Assembly: GCA_029006795.1 (NCBI GenBank)
Contig: JAQXGQ010000122.1
Span: 3,266 to 67,265 of the forward strand
DNA from: Clostridiales bacterium
Lineage (GTDB): Bacteria > Bacillota > Clostridia > Lachnospirales > Lachnospiraceae
Direction of reading: 5' to 3'
DNA length: 64,000 nucleotides
Shown here in pieces: positions 39,849 through 49,581 of this stretch. The translations under genes were made by a program, and so were the position numbers. Each line of letters begins with the position of its first letter. Position 1 is the first letter of the stretch. The notes beneath the pieces were generated by a model, which made no database searches, was not told the origin of the DNA, and was given only the letters and a program-made list of their open reading frames with translations.

Positions 39849-40412
39849 CTATGACAGTTCATCAATAAGTTGTCTCACGTACATCTCCATAAAAGAATCC
39901 ACATCACCAACCAATGGCATCGCTACTTCATTCCAATATGCCGGCAAGCACAAAGCGGAAAGTAATGCAATCTCTTTTGCCAGAATGACGGACTCATCCT
40001 CTGATTTATGAAAGAATGTAATTACAATTTTATGAAATGCTTCAAACTGAACCTTCAGACGATTTCCTGTATTGACATCAATTTCGTAGTTCTGATACAT
40101 AATCTGTTCAGAACGTATGATGCCGGTTGAGTTCATCTGCTTTTTCATAAATTGCAGGCAAAATTGACAACTGTCTTCTTTTGTAATTTCCTGTTTCGCT
40201 AATAATTCGTTACAAAGCTCAATCAAATCTGCCCAATGCAATTCCATAAGGTACGAAAATAACTGCACCTTTCCACCAAAGTAATAACTGATGGTAGCCA
40301 TGTTTACATCTGCTTTCGCTGCAATCTCACGAATGGAAATTGAATTCATATCTTTGTGTTTTAATAATTCAAATGTTGCTTTTATAATTGCTTCTTTTGT
40401 CTTTTCCTCCAT
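39849..40412 (-). CDS. TetR-family regulator
   Basis: ISIREIAAKADVNMATISYYFGGK; alternative start at 40436. Confidence 0.92.
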   Translation of the reverse strand: MEEKTKEAIIKATFELLKHKDMNSISIREIAAKADVNMATISYYFGGKVQLFSYLMELHWADLIELCNELLAKQEITKEDSCQFCLQFMKKQMNSTGIIRSEQIMYQNYEIDVNTGNRLKVQFEAFHKIVITFFHKSEDESVILAKEIALLSALCLPAYWNEVAMPLVGDVDSFMEMYVRQLIDELS

Positions 40413-40442
40413 AATTGTTCTGTTTCCTCTTTTCATACGCGT

Positions 40443-40477
40443 GTTTTAAACGTTCGTTTTAAACACCTGTTTAAAAC
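40443..40477. promoter_or_regulatory. tandem palindromic operator array
   Basis: GTTTWAAAC at 40443, 40456 and 40469 (13-bp period). Confidence 0.6.
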
Positions 40478-40554
40478 AATATCATATATTATCAACTTTT
40501 TCAAGTAAAAATGCTACTTTTTTGAATTCTTCCTCTATAGGATTTTATCTCTGT

Positions 40555-41733
40555 TCACTCTGGTGGAGCACATTTTTTACAAGGTTCATACCCCGCCTTC
40601 TTTGCCTCCGACAAGCTGGTTTCTATCTTACTGTCTTTCAAAGAAGAACACTCTTCCCTGTGGTATTTTTCTCCTGTCTCCGTGATATATACAACCACAT
40701 CCTCATTTTCAGCAGAACTCTTAAAGTCATCTTTGCCGGAAGTTCCCTCCTGCTTTACAGAGCTTCCTTTCGGCTCTCCCGCCTGCCAGCTTTCAGAAGG
40801 AGTACAATTCCATACAATCTCTTCTCCATCCGAAACTGCCACAATGGTTCCCTGCTCATCTGTGCGGAATACGTCTATTCCCATACTGCGAAAACGATTC
40901 AATACTTCCGCATGGGGATGTCCATAGGAATTTCCCTCTCCACAGCTTATCACTGCATAAGCAGGATTTACTTCTTGTAGAAATTCTTCTGTGGAGGCGG
41001 TATTACTTCCATGATGCCCTGCTTTATAGACATCCGCAGAAATATCCTGCCCGTTTGCCAGAATATCTGCTTCTGCTGTTTCCTCCGCATCTCCGGTAAA
41101 CAGAAAGCGGTTACTTCCATGCTCTACCAGAATGCCCACCGAAGCGTCATTCAAGTCGGAGCCATAATCTCTGTTTGGTGCTATGATGGTAAAGGATGCC
41201 TCGCCTAAAGAATAGGTTTCACCCACGATTGGCATTGTCACCGGATAATCCTTTTCCTTCATTACCTGTACCACATCCTCGTAGGTTCTGGTGTCATTGT
41301 ATGCATCCGGCATAAAAACGGTTCCGCAGTTAAATTTATAAAGAACCACATCCATTCCTCCGATATGGTCTGCGTCCGGGTGCGTTCCGATGACATAATC
41401 TAAACGCTCTACCCCCTGTTCTTTTAAATAACTCCAGACCGTTGTTCCCTTATCATTATTTCCCGCATCAATTAGCATCGAATATCCGTCACAGAAAAGA
41501 AAGGTTGCATCTCCCTGACCCACATCTAAGAAATGAACCTCTAAGCGGCTTGACATATCATCGTTCTTTTCTTCAAGAGTAGCTTCTTCTGTCACTGTCT
41601 CCAAATCAGAATTTATCTCTGCCCTGTTTTCTTCATTCATGCTGTCTTGGGCACATCCCTCTAAAAAAGTGCCGCAAAGAAACATCCCAAGCAGTATCAG
41701 CCATATCCTGTATTTCTTTTGTCTTTGTCTCAT
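40555..41733 (-). CDS. ComEC/Rec2-like MBL-fold lipoprotein with C-terminal Ada-like metal-binding domain
   Basis: Lipobox LEGC; FLDVGQGD, THPDADHIGG, GHHGS, FRTDEQG; VYITETGEKYH..C...GYEPCKKC. Confidence 0.9.
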   Translation of the reverse strand: MRQRQKKYRIWLILLGMFLCGTFLEGCAQDSMNEENRAEINSDLETVTEEATLEEKNDDMSSRLEVHFLDVGQGDATFLFCDGYSMLIDAGNNDKGTTVWSYLKEQGVERLDYVIGTHPDADHIGGMDVVLYKFNCGTVFMPDAYNDTRTYEDVVQVMKEKDYPVTMPIVGETYSLGEASFTIIAPNRDYGSDLNDASVGILVEHGSNRFLFTGDAEETAEADILANGQDISADVYKAGHHGSNTASTEEFLQEVNPAYAVISCGEGNSYGHPHAEVLNRFRSMGIDVFRTDEQGTIVAVSDGEEIVWNCTPSESWQAGEPKGSSVKQEGTSGKDDFKSSAENEDVVVYITETGEKYHREECSSLKDSKIETSLSEAKKAGYEPCKKCAPPE

Positions 41734-41816
41734 AAAACCTCCTGCAAAATGTTTTGTTTCATAAGAAAGAAAAGAATCAAAAACCCCGGAAACATCTGTT
41801 TTCCGAGGTTATTTAG

Positions 41817-41890
41817 TAGCGGAAGGGAGACTTGAACTCTCGACACCACGGGTATGAACCGTGTGCTCTAGCCAGCTGAGCTATTCCGCC
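41817..41890 (-). tRNA. tRNA-Met(CAT), elongator type
   Basis: GGCGGAATAGCTCAGCTGGCTAGAGCACACGG TT CAT AC CCGTG; paired 1:72. Confidence 0.93.
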
Positions 41891-41936
41891 ATATTTAATT
41901 TTACACAGCCTGTCTTCTAAAAGACTGCCATATAAA

Positions 41937-42009
41937 TGGGACCTATAGGGCTCGAACCTATGACCCTCTGCTTGTAAGGCAGATGCTCTCCCAGCTGAGC
42001 TAAGATCCC
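41937..42009 (-). tRNA. tRNA-Val(TAC)
   Basis: GGGATCTTAGCTCAGCTGGGAGAGCA TCTGC CT TAC AA GCAGA; promoter TTGACA-17-TATACT at 42074-42046. Confidence 0.97.
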
Positions 42010-42136
42010 ATTTCGCGTCGGTCGCTCACCGCAACCGACTTGATTAGTATACTATCCAGATGCAAAAATGTCAACACCTTTTTTCACTTTTTTTGCATTT
42101 TTTTCATTTGCATTTTTTCTATCAGCTTTGATTTTC

Positions 42137-44581
42137 CTACGCCAACAGCCGCTCCACTAATTTGACGCAGTCTGCCGCATCTTTAGAATATCCGTCTGCA
42201 CCGATTTCCTCCGCAAAGCTCTCGGTAATCGCTGCGCCACCGATAACAATTTTACAGGTACAGCCTTTTTCTTTTGACAACTCCACCACGTCCTTCATGC
42301 GCATCATCGTGGTAGTCATAAGTGCTGACAAACCGATAACCTTCGCATCTTCTTTCATAGCCGTATCTACAATCACTTCAGCCGGCACATCTTTTCCTAA
42401 ATCAATGACATTGTAGCCATAATTTTTTAGCATCAGCACAACTAAATTTTTCCCGATGTCATGGATATCTCCCTCCACAGTTGCCACCACAATGGTCGCC
42501 ATTGCTTCGCCGCTGCTGCGTTCGAGCATAGGCTCTAAGTATTCAATCGCAATTTTCATGGTATTAGCAGAAGAAATTAACTGGGGCAGGAAATATTTTT
42601 TCTTATCAAATAGTTCTCCCACCTCGTTGATTGCCGGTATCAAGTGACCGTTTATAATTGCATCCGGCTTTTCTCCCTGCTCTAACAAAACCTTCACTTC
42701 ATCTAAAATATGTTCCTTATTCCCCTTTAAAACCGCCTGAAAAACACCGCTTCCCGTTTTCTCCTGCCCTTTTTCTCCGGCAGGAGCTACATTTGCAGCA
42801 CCGGAGGGAACCATCACACGTTCCATTCCTGCATATTTTTCTGCCAAAAAATTCATCCGTTCAATATAACGGATATCACTCTCCGGTTTATTCAGCAGCA
42901 TATCCGAAGCAAAGGCAGCATTCATTAAAAGTTCCTGAGACGGATTTGCGATTGCCATCGTAAGTCCGTTTGCGATTGCCATCGTAAGAAATGCCGTATT
43001 TACATAGGTTCTCTCCGGCAGTCCGAAGGAGATATTTGAAAGTCCACAGGCAGTAGGCAGTTCCAATTCATTTTTACAATAGGAGAAGGTTTCAAAACAC
43101 TCCAATGCAGCTTTGGGATTTGCTCCTATGGTTGCCACTAAACCATCCACAATAATATCCTCTTTGGTCATGCCAATGCGGATTGCTTCCTCTAAAATGG
43201 TCCGAATGATACTATGTTTTTCCTCAGAATCCTTTGGGAGTCCTTCATCTGATAAGGGAAGTAAAATGAACATAGCTCCGTATTTTTTTGCAATCGGAAG
43301 CAGTTTTTCAAACTTTTCTTTCTCTAAGGAAATGGAATTAATGAGAGCACGTCCCGGATAAATCCGCAGTGCCGCTTCAATGATATCCACATGACTCGAG
43401 TCAATACATAGCGGACAATCCACGGTGGAAGTCACCTCGTAAATGGTACGAAGCATCATCTCTTTTTCATCAATACCGTTCATTCCCATATTGATGTCTA
43501 AAATCTGTGCACCGTTCTCCTCCTGCTCTAATGCCATTGTGCGCACCAGATTTAAAGAACCTTCTTTTAACTCCGCCTGCAATTTCTTTTTTCCTGTCGG
43601 ATTGATACGTTCCCCAATTACCATAAAATTGCCGTCTAACTTAATTTCCACCGATTTTCTCTCAGAAGTGAGCACTCTTCTTTTTCTCTCTAACGGTTTT
43701 CTGACAGGAATCCCTTTTACCGCTTCTTTTAGAGCGCAGATATGTTCCGGTGTCGTACCACAGCACCCTCCGAGTATCGTTGCTCCTGCCTCAGCTAATT
43801 TTCTTCCAGCCTCAGCAAATTCTTCCGGTCCCACATTAAAGACTGTCCTGCCGTCTACTAACTCCGGCATCCCAGCATTGGGTTTTGCCAGAAGTGGGAT
43901 TGTGGCATATTCCGCCATCTCTGCCACAGGAGAAAGCATGGCATCCGGCCCGGTGGAGCAGTTCATTCCCACTGCATCTGCCCCCAAGCTCTGTAGTACC
44001 ACCACCGCAGTAGCCGGATCTGTACCGTAAAGAGTTCTTCCATCCTCATTATAGGTAAGAGATACCATCACAGGCAAATCACAAAGCTCCCGTATCGCCA
44101 ACACTGCCGCACGGCATTCCTGTAAACTCATCATGGTTTCCACCACAAATAAATCCACACCTGCCTCTAAGAGTACCTGCACCTGTTCCTTATATACTTC
44201 CACTAATTCCTCAAACTGTAACTCTCCTAGCGGATACAGCTGCTCTCCTGTCATGGTAAGGTCGCCTGCTATCAGTGCCTTTCCCCCTGCTGCTTCCTTT
44301 GACAACTCCACCAGTTTACGATTCATCTCTTCTAATTTGTCTTGCAAACCATACTCTTCTAGTTTGATGCGGTTCGCAGTAAAAGTTGGCGCAAACAAAA
44401 TATCTGTTCCCGCCTCCACATAACGTTTCTGCAAATCTATAAGCACTTTGGGATTTTCCAATATCCACTGTTCCGGGCAAACACCTACCGGCATTCCCGC
44501 TTTCTGTAAATTCGTTCCCGTTGCTCCGTCTAAAAATATAATACGTTCCTCAGCAAGTGTTCTAAACTCTTCTCTTGTCAT
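42137..44581 (-). CDS. metH: cobalamin-dependent methionine synthase (Hcy-binding, pterin-binding and B12-binding domains; no AdoMet reactivation domain)
   Basis: LDGATGT, GMNCS, GGCCGTTP, IGERINPTG, GDIHDIGKN, SALMTTT; start at MTREEF with GGGAGG. Confidence 0.92.
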   Translation of the reverse strand: MTREEFRTLAEERIIFLDGATGTNLQKAGMPVGVCPEQWILENPKVLIDLQKRYVEAGTDILFAPTFTANRIKLEEYGLQDKLEEMNRKLVELSKEAAGGKALIAGDLTMTGEQLYPLGELQFEELVEVYKEQVQVLLEAGVDLFVVETMMSLQECRAAVLAIRELCDLPVMVSLTYNEDGRTLYGTDPATAVVVLQSLGADAVGMNCSTGPDAMLSPVAEMAEYATIPLLAKPNAGMPELVDGRTVFNVGPEEFAEAGRKLAEAGATILGGCCGTTPEHICALKEAVKGIPVRKPLERKRRVLTSERKSVEIKLDGNFMVIGERINPTGKKKLQAELKEGSLNLVRTMALEQEENGAQILDINMGMNGIDEKEMMLRTIYEVTSTVDCPLCIDSSHVDIIEAALRIYPGRALINSISLEKEKFEKLLPIAKKYGAMFILLPLSDEGLPKDSEEKHSIIRTILEEAIRIGMTKEDIIVDGLVATIGANPKAALECFETFSYCKNELELPTACGLSNISFGLPERTYVNTAFLTMAIANGLTMAIANPSQELLMNAAFASDMLLNKPESDIRYIERMNFLAEKYAGMERVMVPSGAANVAPAGEKGQEKTGSGVFQAVLKGNKEHILDEVKVLLEQGEKPDAIINGHLIPAINEVGELFDKKKYFLPQLISSANTMKIAIEYLEPMLERSSGEAMATIVVATVEGDIHDIGKNLVVLMLKNYGYNVIDLGKDVPAEVIVDTAMKEDAKVIGLSALMTTTMMRMKDVVELSKEKGCTCKIVIGGAAITESFAEEIGADGYSKDAADCVKLVERLLA

Positions 44582-44594
44582 CTTTTCCTCCCAA

Positions 44595-45677
44595 CTAGCG
44601 GATGATAATCCCACCGCCTGCCACATAGTCTCCGTCATACAGCACCACTGCCTGCCCCGGTGTCACAGCACGCACCGGCTCTAAAAAGCAACAATGTATC
44701 TCATCTGCTCCCGTCCGCGTCACCTTACAGAGACTTCCCTCATGGGAATATCTGATTTTTGCCTTTAAAAGGGTTCCGTCTTTGATATCCGGCAATGCCA
44801 TAAAATTCAAATGGTCTGCATAAAGCTCTGTAGTAAATACATCCTCATTGCTCCCCAACACTACCTCATTGGTTTCCGGTCTGATTTCTGTCACAAACAC
44901 CGGGTATCCTAGTGCAATGCCTAATCCTTTTCTCTGTCCGACAGTATAATGCGTGATTCCCTTATGCGTTCCTAATATTTCTCCGTTCACCGACACAAAA
45001 TTTCCCGGAGGAGGCACCTGTTTTCCACATTCTCTGTCAATGAATCCGGCGTAATCATTATCGGGAATAAAACAGATTTCCTGGCTGTCCTTTTTATGAG
45101 CCACCATCAGACCAATCTCTTCCGCAATCTTTCGTATTTCATCTTTGGTATATGCTCCCACCGGCATTAATGTGTGGGAAAGCTGCTCCTGAGTCAGATT
45201 ATAAAGAGCATAAGTCTGATCTTTTACCGCCGTCACAGAATTTTTGATGGCATATCTGCCATTTTCTAATTGCTCTACCCGCGCATAGTGCCCGGTGGCA
45301 ATATAATCCGCACCAATTTCCAAGCTGCGGTTTAACAATGCTTCCCACTTCACATATCTGTTGCAGGCAATGCAGGGGTTCGGTGTCCTTCCCCGCAGAT
45401 ATTCCGCTGCGAAATAATCCATAACATTCTTTTTAAATTCCTGCTTAAAATTCATCACATAATAAGGTATCTCTAAACGCTCTGCCACTCTTCTTGCATC
45501 ATCTACGGCGCTTAATCCACAACAGCCGCCATTCTCTTCCTGCGTAAACTCATCCTCATCCTGCCATATCTGCATGGTAACTCCAATGACCTCATATCCC
45601 TGCTTTTTTAAAAGATACGCTGCCACCGAAGAGTCTACACCGCCGGACATTCCAACTACCACTTTCTTTGCTGCCAT
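44595..45677 (-). CDS. mnmA: tRNA 2-thiouridine(34) synthase
   Basis: MSGGVDSS, TPNPC, ATGHY, KDSQEICF, YTVGQRKG, TPGQ. Confidence 0.97.
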   Translation of the reverse strand: MAAKKVVVGMSGGVDSSVAAYLLKKQGYEVIGVTMQIWQDEDEFTQEENGGCCGLSAVDDARRVAERLEIPYYVMNFKQEFKKNVMDYFAAEYLRGRTPNPCIACNRYVKWEALLNRSLEIGADYIATGHYARVEQLENGRYAIKNSVTAVKDQTYALYNLTQEQLSHTLMPVGAYTKDEIRKIAEEIGLMVAHKKDSQEICFIPDNDYAGFIDRECGKQVPPPGNFVSVNGEILGTHKGITHYTVGQRKGLGIALGYPVFVTEIRPETNEVVLGSNEDVFTTELYADHLNFMALPDIKDGTLLKAKIRYSHEGSLCKVTRTGADEIHCCFLEPVRAVTPGQAVVLYDGDYVAGGGIIIR

Positions 45678-45811
45678 TGATATCTCCTTAAAAATTCACT
45701 TTTCTATTACACAAAGAGGATGTCCCGCAAAAATTTGGGGGACACCCTCATCATTACATGCAATATCATCGCATTTTTTATTCGTTTTGACAAGCCCTTA
45801 CCTATCATACC

Positions 45812-47080
45812 TTATATAAGCGAACTGTACAAGTCTCCTGAATTATAGTTATAGGTATAAGTTCCGTCGTCACTGTATGTATTCGACTTCGATGCTTCCA
45901 ACTCCGCATAAGTATCAATCTTAGAGATTTGTTCCTCTATCTCCGCGCCAAAACTGTTCGTATTCTGAAACAGAGATTTCACTTTTGACATATCTGCTTC
46001 TTTGAATTTCTCTTCATCAATAGAGAGATTATCATCAGAGTCAATCGTGATTCCCACAGCAGCAAGAGCAGCCTTATTCGCCAGTGTATAATTTATCATT
46101 GTCTTTCGTGCCTGATGAATGTTCTTTGTATCTGAATCCTCAGTCTTATCCACCAACGTATTATAATCCTTAGCAAAACTTTTGACTGCCTTATAAATAG
46201 CGTCTATATCATAGCCAGTGACACTGTTGCCCTCTTCATCCGTTTTGGTAACCTGATTGAACAGAGACTTGCTGCCGGTAGTGCGCAATGCAGTAAGCGT
46301 TTTCTTTGCATCCTCTGCTGCCTCTTCAATGGCTCCTAATGTTTTAGTCGTATCCTTTGAGGTAGACGTAGATTTCAAGCTGGATTTATAACTCTCGTTT
46401 GTATCATTACCTGCTTTTTTCGCTTCCATGCTGGCATAACTATTGATACTGGTTGCCTTCGCATTCACCTGATAAGCATAGCCGCCCGTCGACTGGAACA
46501 GAGATTGTACCCTTGCCTTACTTGCATTCTTAAACTTATCCTCATCAATGGAAAGCTTATTGTCCGAACCTACCGTGATGCCCACCTCAGAAAGAGCCTT
46601 CTCATTTGCCGACGTATATTTTACCATGCTTGCAGCTGTCCGTAAAATACTGGCAGTATCAGATTCTGCTGCGGCATCAACCAGATTATTATAATCACTG
46701 ATAAAGTTCTTGACTGCCTTATAAACAGCATCCGTATCATACTCGACATAGCTGTTGCCCTTCTCATCCGTTTTCATCTGAAACAGATTGTCCTTACCCT
46801 TTGTCAGCAGTGCAGATGCCGAATCTTTCACATCGCTTGCAGCCTCCTTAATAGAGGTCAATGTCTGCTTACTATCCATCGTAGCAGACGAAGACGAGCC
46901 ATTTTCTACTTTGGTATAATATGCAGATACCAGTTTACGATAACTGCCATTTTTAAGACTTGCATAATCAGTGTAACTAATTCCCAGCAAATCTGATGAA
47001 TTCGAATTTTTTTCTGTGTTTCCGACACTGGAAAATAACATACCTAATGAAGATGAATCATATCCCGAAATACCTGCCAT
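45812..47080 (-). CDS. FliD-C-like (flagellar cap-like) protein with two internal repeats
   Basis: Repeat AVK.F..DYN.LVD...L..VGIT..SD..LSIDE.KFK.A....V.SLF occurs twice; no signal peptide; sigma-D-type promoter. Confidence 0.75.
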   Translation of the reverse strand: MAGISGYDSSSLGMLFSSVGNTEKNSNSSDLLGISYTDYASLKNGSYRKLVSAYYTKVENGSSSSATMDSKQTLTSIKEAASDVKDSASALLTKGKDNLFQMKTDEKGNSYVEYDTDAVYKAVKNFISDYNNLVDAAAESDTASILRTAASMVKYTSANEKALSEVGITVGSDNKLSIDEDKFKNASKARVQSLFQSTGGYAYQVNAKATSINSYASMEAKKAGNDTNESYKSSLKSTSTSKDTTKTLGAIEEAAEDAKKTLTALRTTGSKSLFNQVTKTDEEGNSVTGYDIDAIYKAVKSFAKDYNTLVDKTEDSDTKNIHQARKTMINYTLANKAALAAVGITIDSDDNLSIDEEKFKEADMSKVKSLFQNTNSFGAEIEEQISKIDTYAELEASKSNTYSDDGTYTYNYNSGDLYSSLI

Positions 47081-47160
47081 AATATCACTCCTTTGAAAAT
47101 AATTGCCTCTCTGTGGCTCACTTATGACTTCCCTGTCATATTACTTCTCTCTTTCTCTTT

Positions 47161-47187
47161 ATATCGTCATTTTATCCCGAAATATTA
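47161..47187 (-). promoter_or_regulatory. sigma-D (sigma-28) promoter
   Basis: TAAT-N15-GACGATAT versus consensus TAAA-N15-GCCGATAT. Confidence 0.65.
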
Positions 47188-47349
47188 GGATTTTCAAGTA
47201 CTTCCATTCATTTTGTACAGTTTATACAATGTATTTTTCACAAAAAAATGTATACATTTATCCCATTATACTGTGATTATGTACAAAAAAATCGAAAAAG
47301 TTCAACACTTGTTCATATTTTATTCATATATTATTGCTATACTAACTAT

Positions 47350-47450
47350 AGTAAATAAATCACAGGACAATTCGTTATAATATACTTGATAGATTTTTTC
47401 ATAATAGCCCGGATATCTGCGAAGGTATTCGGGCACTCCTCATTTTTTAG
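47350..47450 (+). ncRNA. candidate anti-SD/anti-AUG small RNA
   Basis: Extended -10 TGCTATACT (47335-47343); 12-bp hairpin with GCGA tetraloop and two G-U pairs (47407-47434) flanked by UUUUUUCAUAAUA and ACUCCUC. Confidence 0.55.
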
Positions 47451-47516
47451 GGAAAATTTTTCTACAAAAAAACTGCCGCTTAAGAGATTACGACACCTCT
47501 CTGCGACAGTTTTTAT

Positions 47517-48194
47517 TTATACATTTTCAATCTGCCAGTCAATCGGTTCCACCCCATGACTCTTCAAAAAATCATTTGCCTGACTAAAATGCTTGCATCC
47601 AAAGAAGCCACGGTATGCTGACAGCGGACTTGGATGAGGCGCTTTCAAAATCAGATGCTTTGGATTTGTCAGCATCGGTATCTTGCTCTGTGCCGGTCTG
47701 CCCCAAAGCATATACACAATCGGTCTGTCCTGAGCATTTACTGCCTGAATAATGGCATCCGTAAACTGTTCCCATCCTCTTCCCTGGTGAGAATTTGCCT
47801 GATGTGCCCGCACGGTAAGCACAGTGTTTAGCAGCAGTACTCCCTGATCTGCCCACTTTTTCAGATAACCATTGTTTGGAATTTCACATCCCAAATCATC
47901 CTGCAGTTCTTTGTAAATGTTCTGCAAAGACGGCGGTATCTCCTTCTGTGACGGAGGTACAGAAAAACTCAGTCCATGTGCCTGATTGACGTTATGATAG
48001 GGATCCTGCCCTAAGATTAATACCTTTACCTCACTAAGCGGTGTAAAGTGCATGGCATTAAAAATATCGTCTGCCGGCGGATAAATAACTGCTCTGCTGT
48101 ATTCTTCTTTTACAAATTGAAATAATTCTCTGTAATATGGCTTTCTAAACTCATCCTGTAATGCCGGAAGCCAGTCATTTGTAATCATTGCCAT
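47517..48194 (-). CDS. ung: uracil-DNA glycosylase
   Basis: GQDPYH, AHGLSFSV, PPSL.N, GVLLLN, HPSPLS. Confidence 0.97.
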   Translation of the reverse strand: MAMITNDWLPALQDEFRKPYYRELFQFVKEEYSRAVIYPPADDIFNAMHFTPLSEVKVLILGQDPYHNVNQAHGLSFSVPPSQKEIPPSLQNIYKELQDDLGCEIPNNGYLKKWADQGVLLLNTVLTVRAHQANSHQGRGWEQFTDAIIQAVNAQDRPIVYMLWGRPAQSKIPMLTNPKHLILKAPHPSPLSAYRGFFGCKHFSQANDFLKSHGVEPIDWQIENV

Positions 48195-48201
48195 AAATTC
48201 A

Positions 48202-48963
48202 TTACCTTCTGACGGAAACACCACGTCCTGCCAAATAATCTTTCAAGTCATTAATTTCTAGTTCCTTGTAATGGAACAAGGATGCCGCTAATGCTGCATC
48301 TGCGCATCCCTCTGTCAAAGCGTCATAAAAATGTTCTTTTGTACCTGCACCACCGGAAGCAATCACTGGAATAGACACATTCTCCGCAATCTGCTTTGTC
48401 AGTTCCACATCATATCCTGCTTTTGTTCCGTCACAGTCCATACTGGTGAGAAGGATTTCTCCCGCACCGAGTTTATCTGCCTTCATCGCCCATTCAACTG
48501 CATCAATTCCAACGTCCACTCTTCCGCCATTTTTATAAATGTTCCAACCGGATCCATCGGCGCGTCTTCTCGCATCAATCGCCACTACCACACACTGACT
48601 GCCGAATTTATCTGCTGCTTCGCTGATAAGTTCCGGCCGGTTAATCGCAGAAGAATTGATGGAAATCTTATCTGCGCCCTCCCGAAGCAATACCTTAAAA
48701 TCTTCCACGGTACGGATACCCCCCCCTACCGTAAAAGGAATAAATACCTTTTCTGCCACTTTCCGCACCATATCCACTACCGTATTTCTCTGGTCAGAGG
48801 TGGCTGTAATATCCAAAAAAACCAGCTCATCCGCACCTGCTTTATCGTAGGCTGCTGCAATTTCCACCGGATCACCGGCATCCCGTAGGTTAACAAAATT
48901 GACCCCTTTTACCACTCGTCCGTTATTAACATCAAGACAGGGTATAATTCTCTTGGTAAACAT
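48202..48963 (-). CDS. hisF: imidazole glycerol phosphate synthase cyclase subunit
   Basis: [35 protein letters not shown]. Confidence 0.97.
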   Translation of the reverse strand: MFTKRIIPCLDVNNGRVVKGVNFVNLRDAGDPVEIAAAYDKAGADELVFLDITATSDQRNTVVDMVRKVAEKVFIPFTVGGGIRTVEDFKVLLREGADKISINSSAINRPELISEAADKFGSQCVVVAIDARRRADGSGWNIYKNGGRVDVGIDAVEWAMKADKLGAGEILLTSMDCDGTKAGYDVELTKQIAENVSIPVIASGGAGTKEHFYDALTEGCADAALAASLFHYKELEINDLKDYLAGRGVSVRR

Positions 48964-48975
48964 ATCTGTTCCTCC

Positions 48976-49581
48976 TTAAATTCCGGCAAAATTCTTTAGT
49001 ATCTGTAATCCAACCGTACTGCTTTTCTCTGGATGGAACTGACATGCAAATATATTCCCCTTCTCTACGGAAGCATGAATATGAGCACTATACTCCGTGG
49101 TTGCCTTCACAATCGACTCATCCTCTGCTTTCAAATAATAAGAATGTACAAAATATACATATGGCTGCTTAGACAATCCTGCAAATAATCTGCCATTATT
49201 CTGTAAATCTAATGAGTTCCAGCCGATATGCGGTATCTTTAATCCCTCTTTATCCGGGATACGGAGAATACGCCCCTTCAAAAGGTTCAAGCCCTCCACA
49301 CCGCTGCTTTCTTCACTTCCTTCAAAAAGCAGCTGCAGTCCGAGACAAATTCCAAGAAAGGGTGTTCCTTTCTCTGTCACTTCCGCAATAACCCTATGCA
49401 AATCATATTTTTTGAGTTGCTCCATTGCCTCACCAAAGGAACCCACTCCTGGCAAAATCACCTTATCGGCAGTTTCAATTTCCCGCATATTTCTAGTTAC
49501 AATACACTCCTGCCCCAATGAAACTAATGCCTTTTCAACGCTCTTTAAATTGCCTGCATCATAATCAATGATTGCTATCAT
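48976..49581 (-). CDS. hisH: imidazole glycerol phosphate synthase glutaminase subunit
   Basis: LPGVGSF, GICLGLQ, YFVHSY, QFHPEKS. Confidence 0.97.
   Translation of the reverse strand: MIAIIDYDAGNLKSVEKALVSLGQECIVTRNMREIETADKVILPGVGSFGEAMEQLKKYDLHRVIAEVTEKGTPFLGICLGLQLLFEGSEESSGVEGLNLLKGRILRIPDKEGLKIPHIGWNSLDLQNNGRLFAGLSKQPYVYFVHSYYLKAEDESIVKATTEYSAHIHASVEKGNIFACQFHPEKSSTVGLQILKNFAGI

Noticed and set aside
42946-42988. Near-tandem repeat TTTGCGATTGCCATCGTAAG in metH (LTMAIANG-LTMAIANP)
   Set aside because: In-frame, two copies only, within a normally conserved segment; not a contingency locus.
42137-44581. metH as a truncated pseudogene
   Set aside because: Split MetH without the AdoMet reactivation domain is a known architecture; the ORF is intact.
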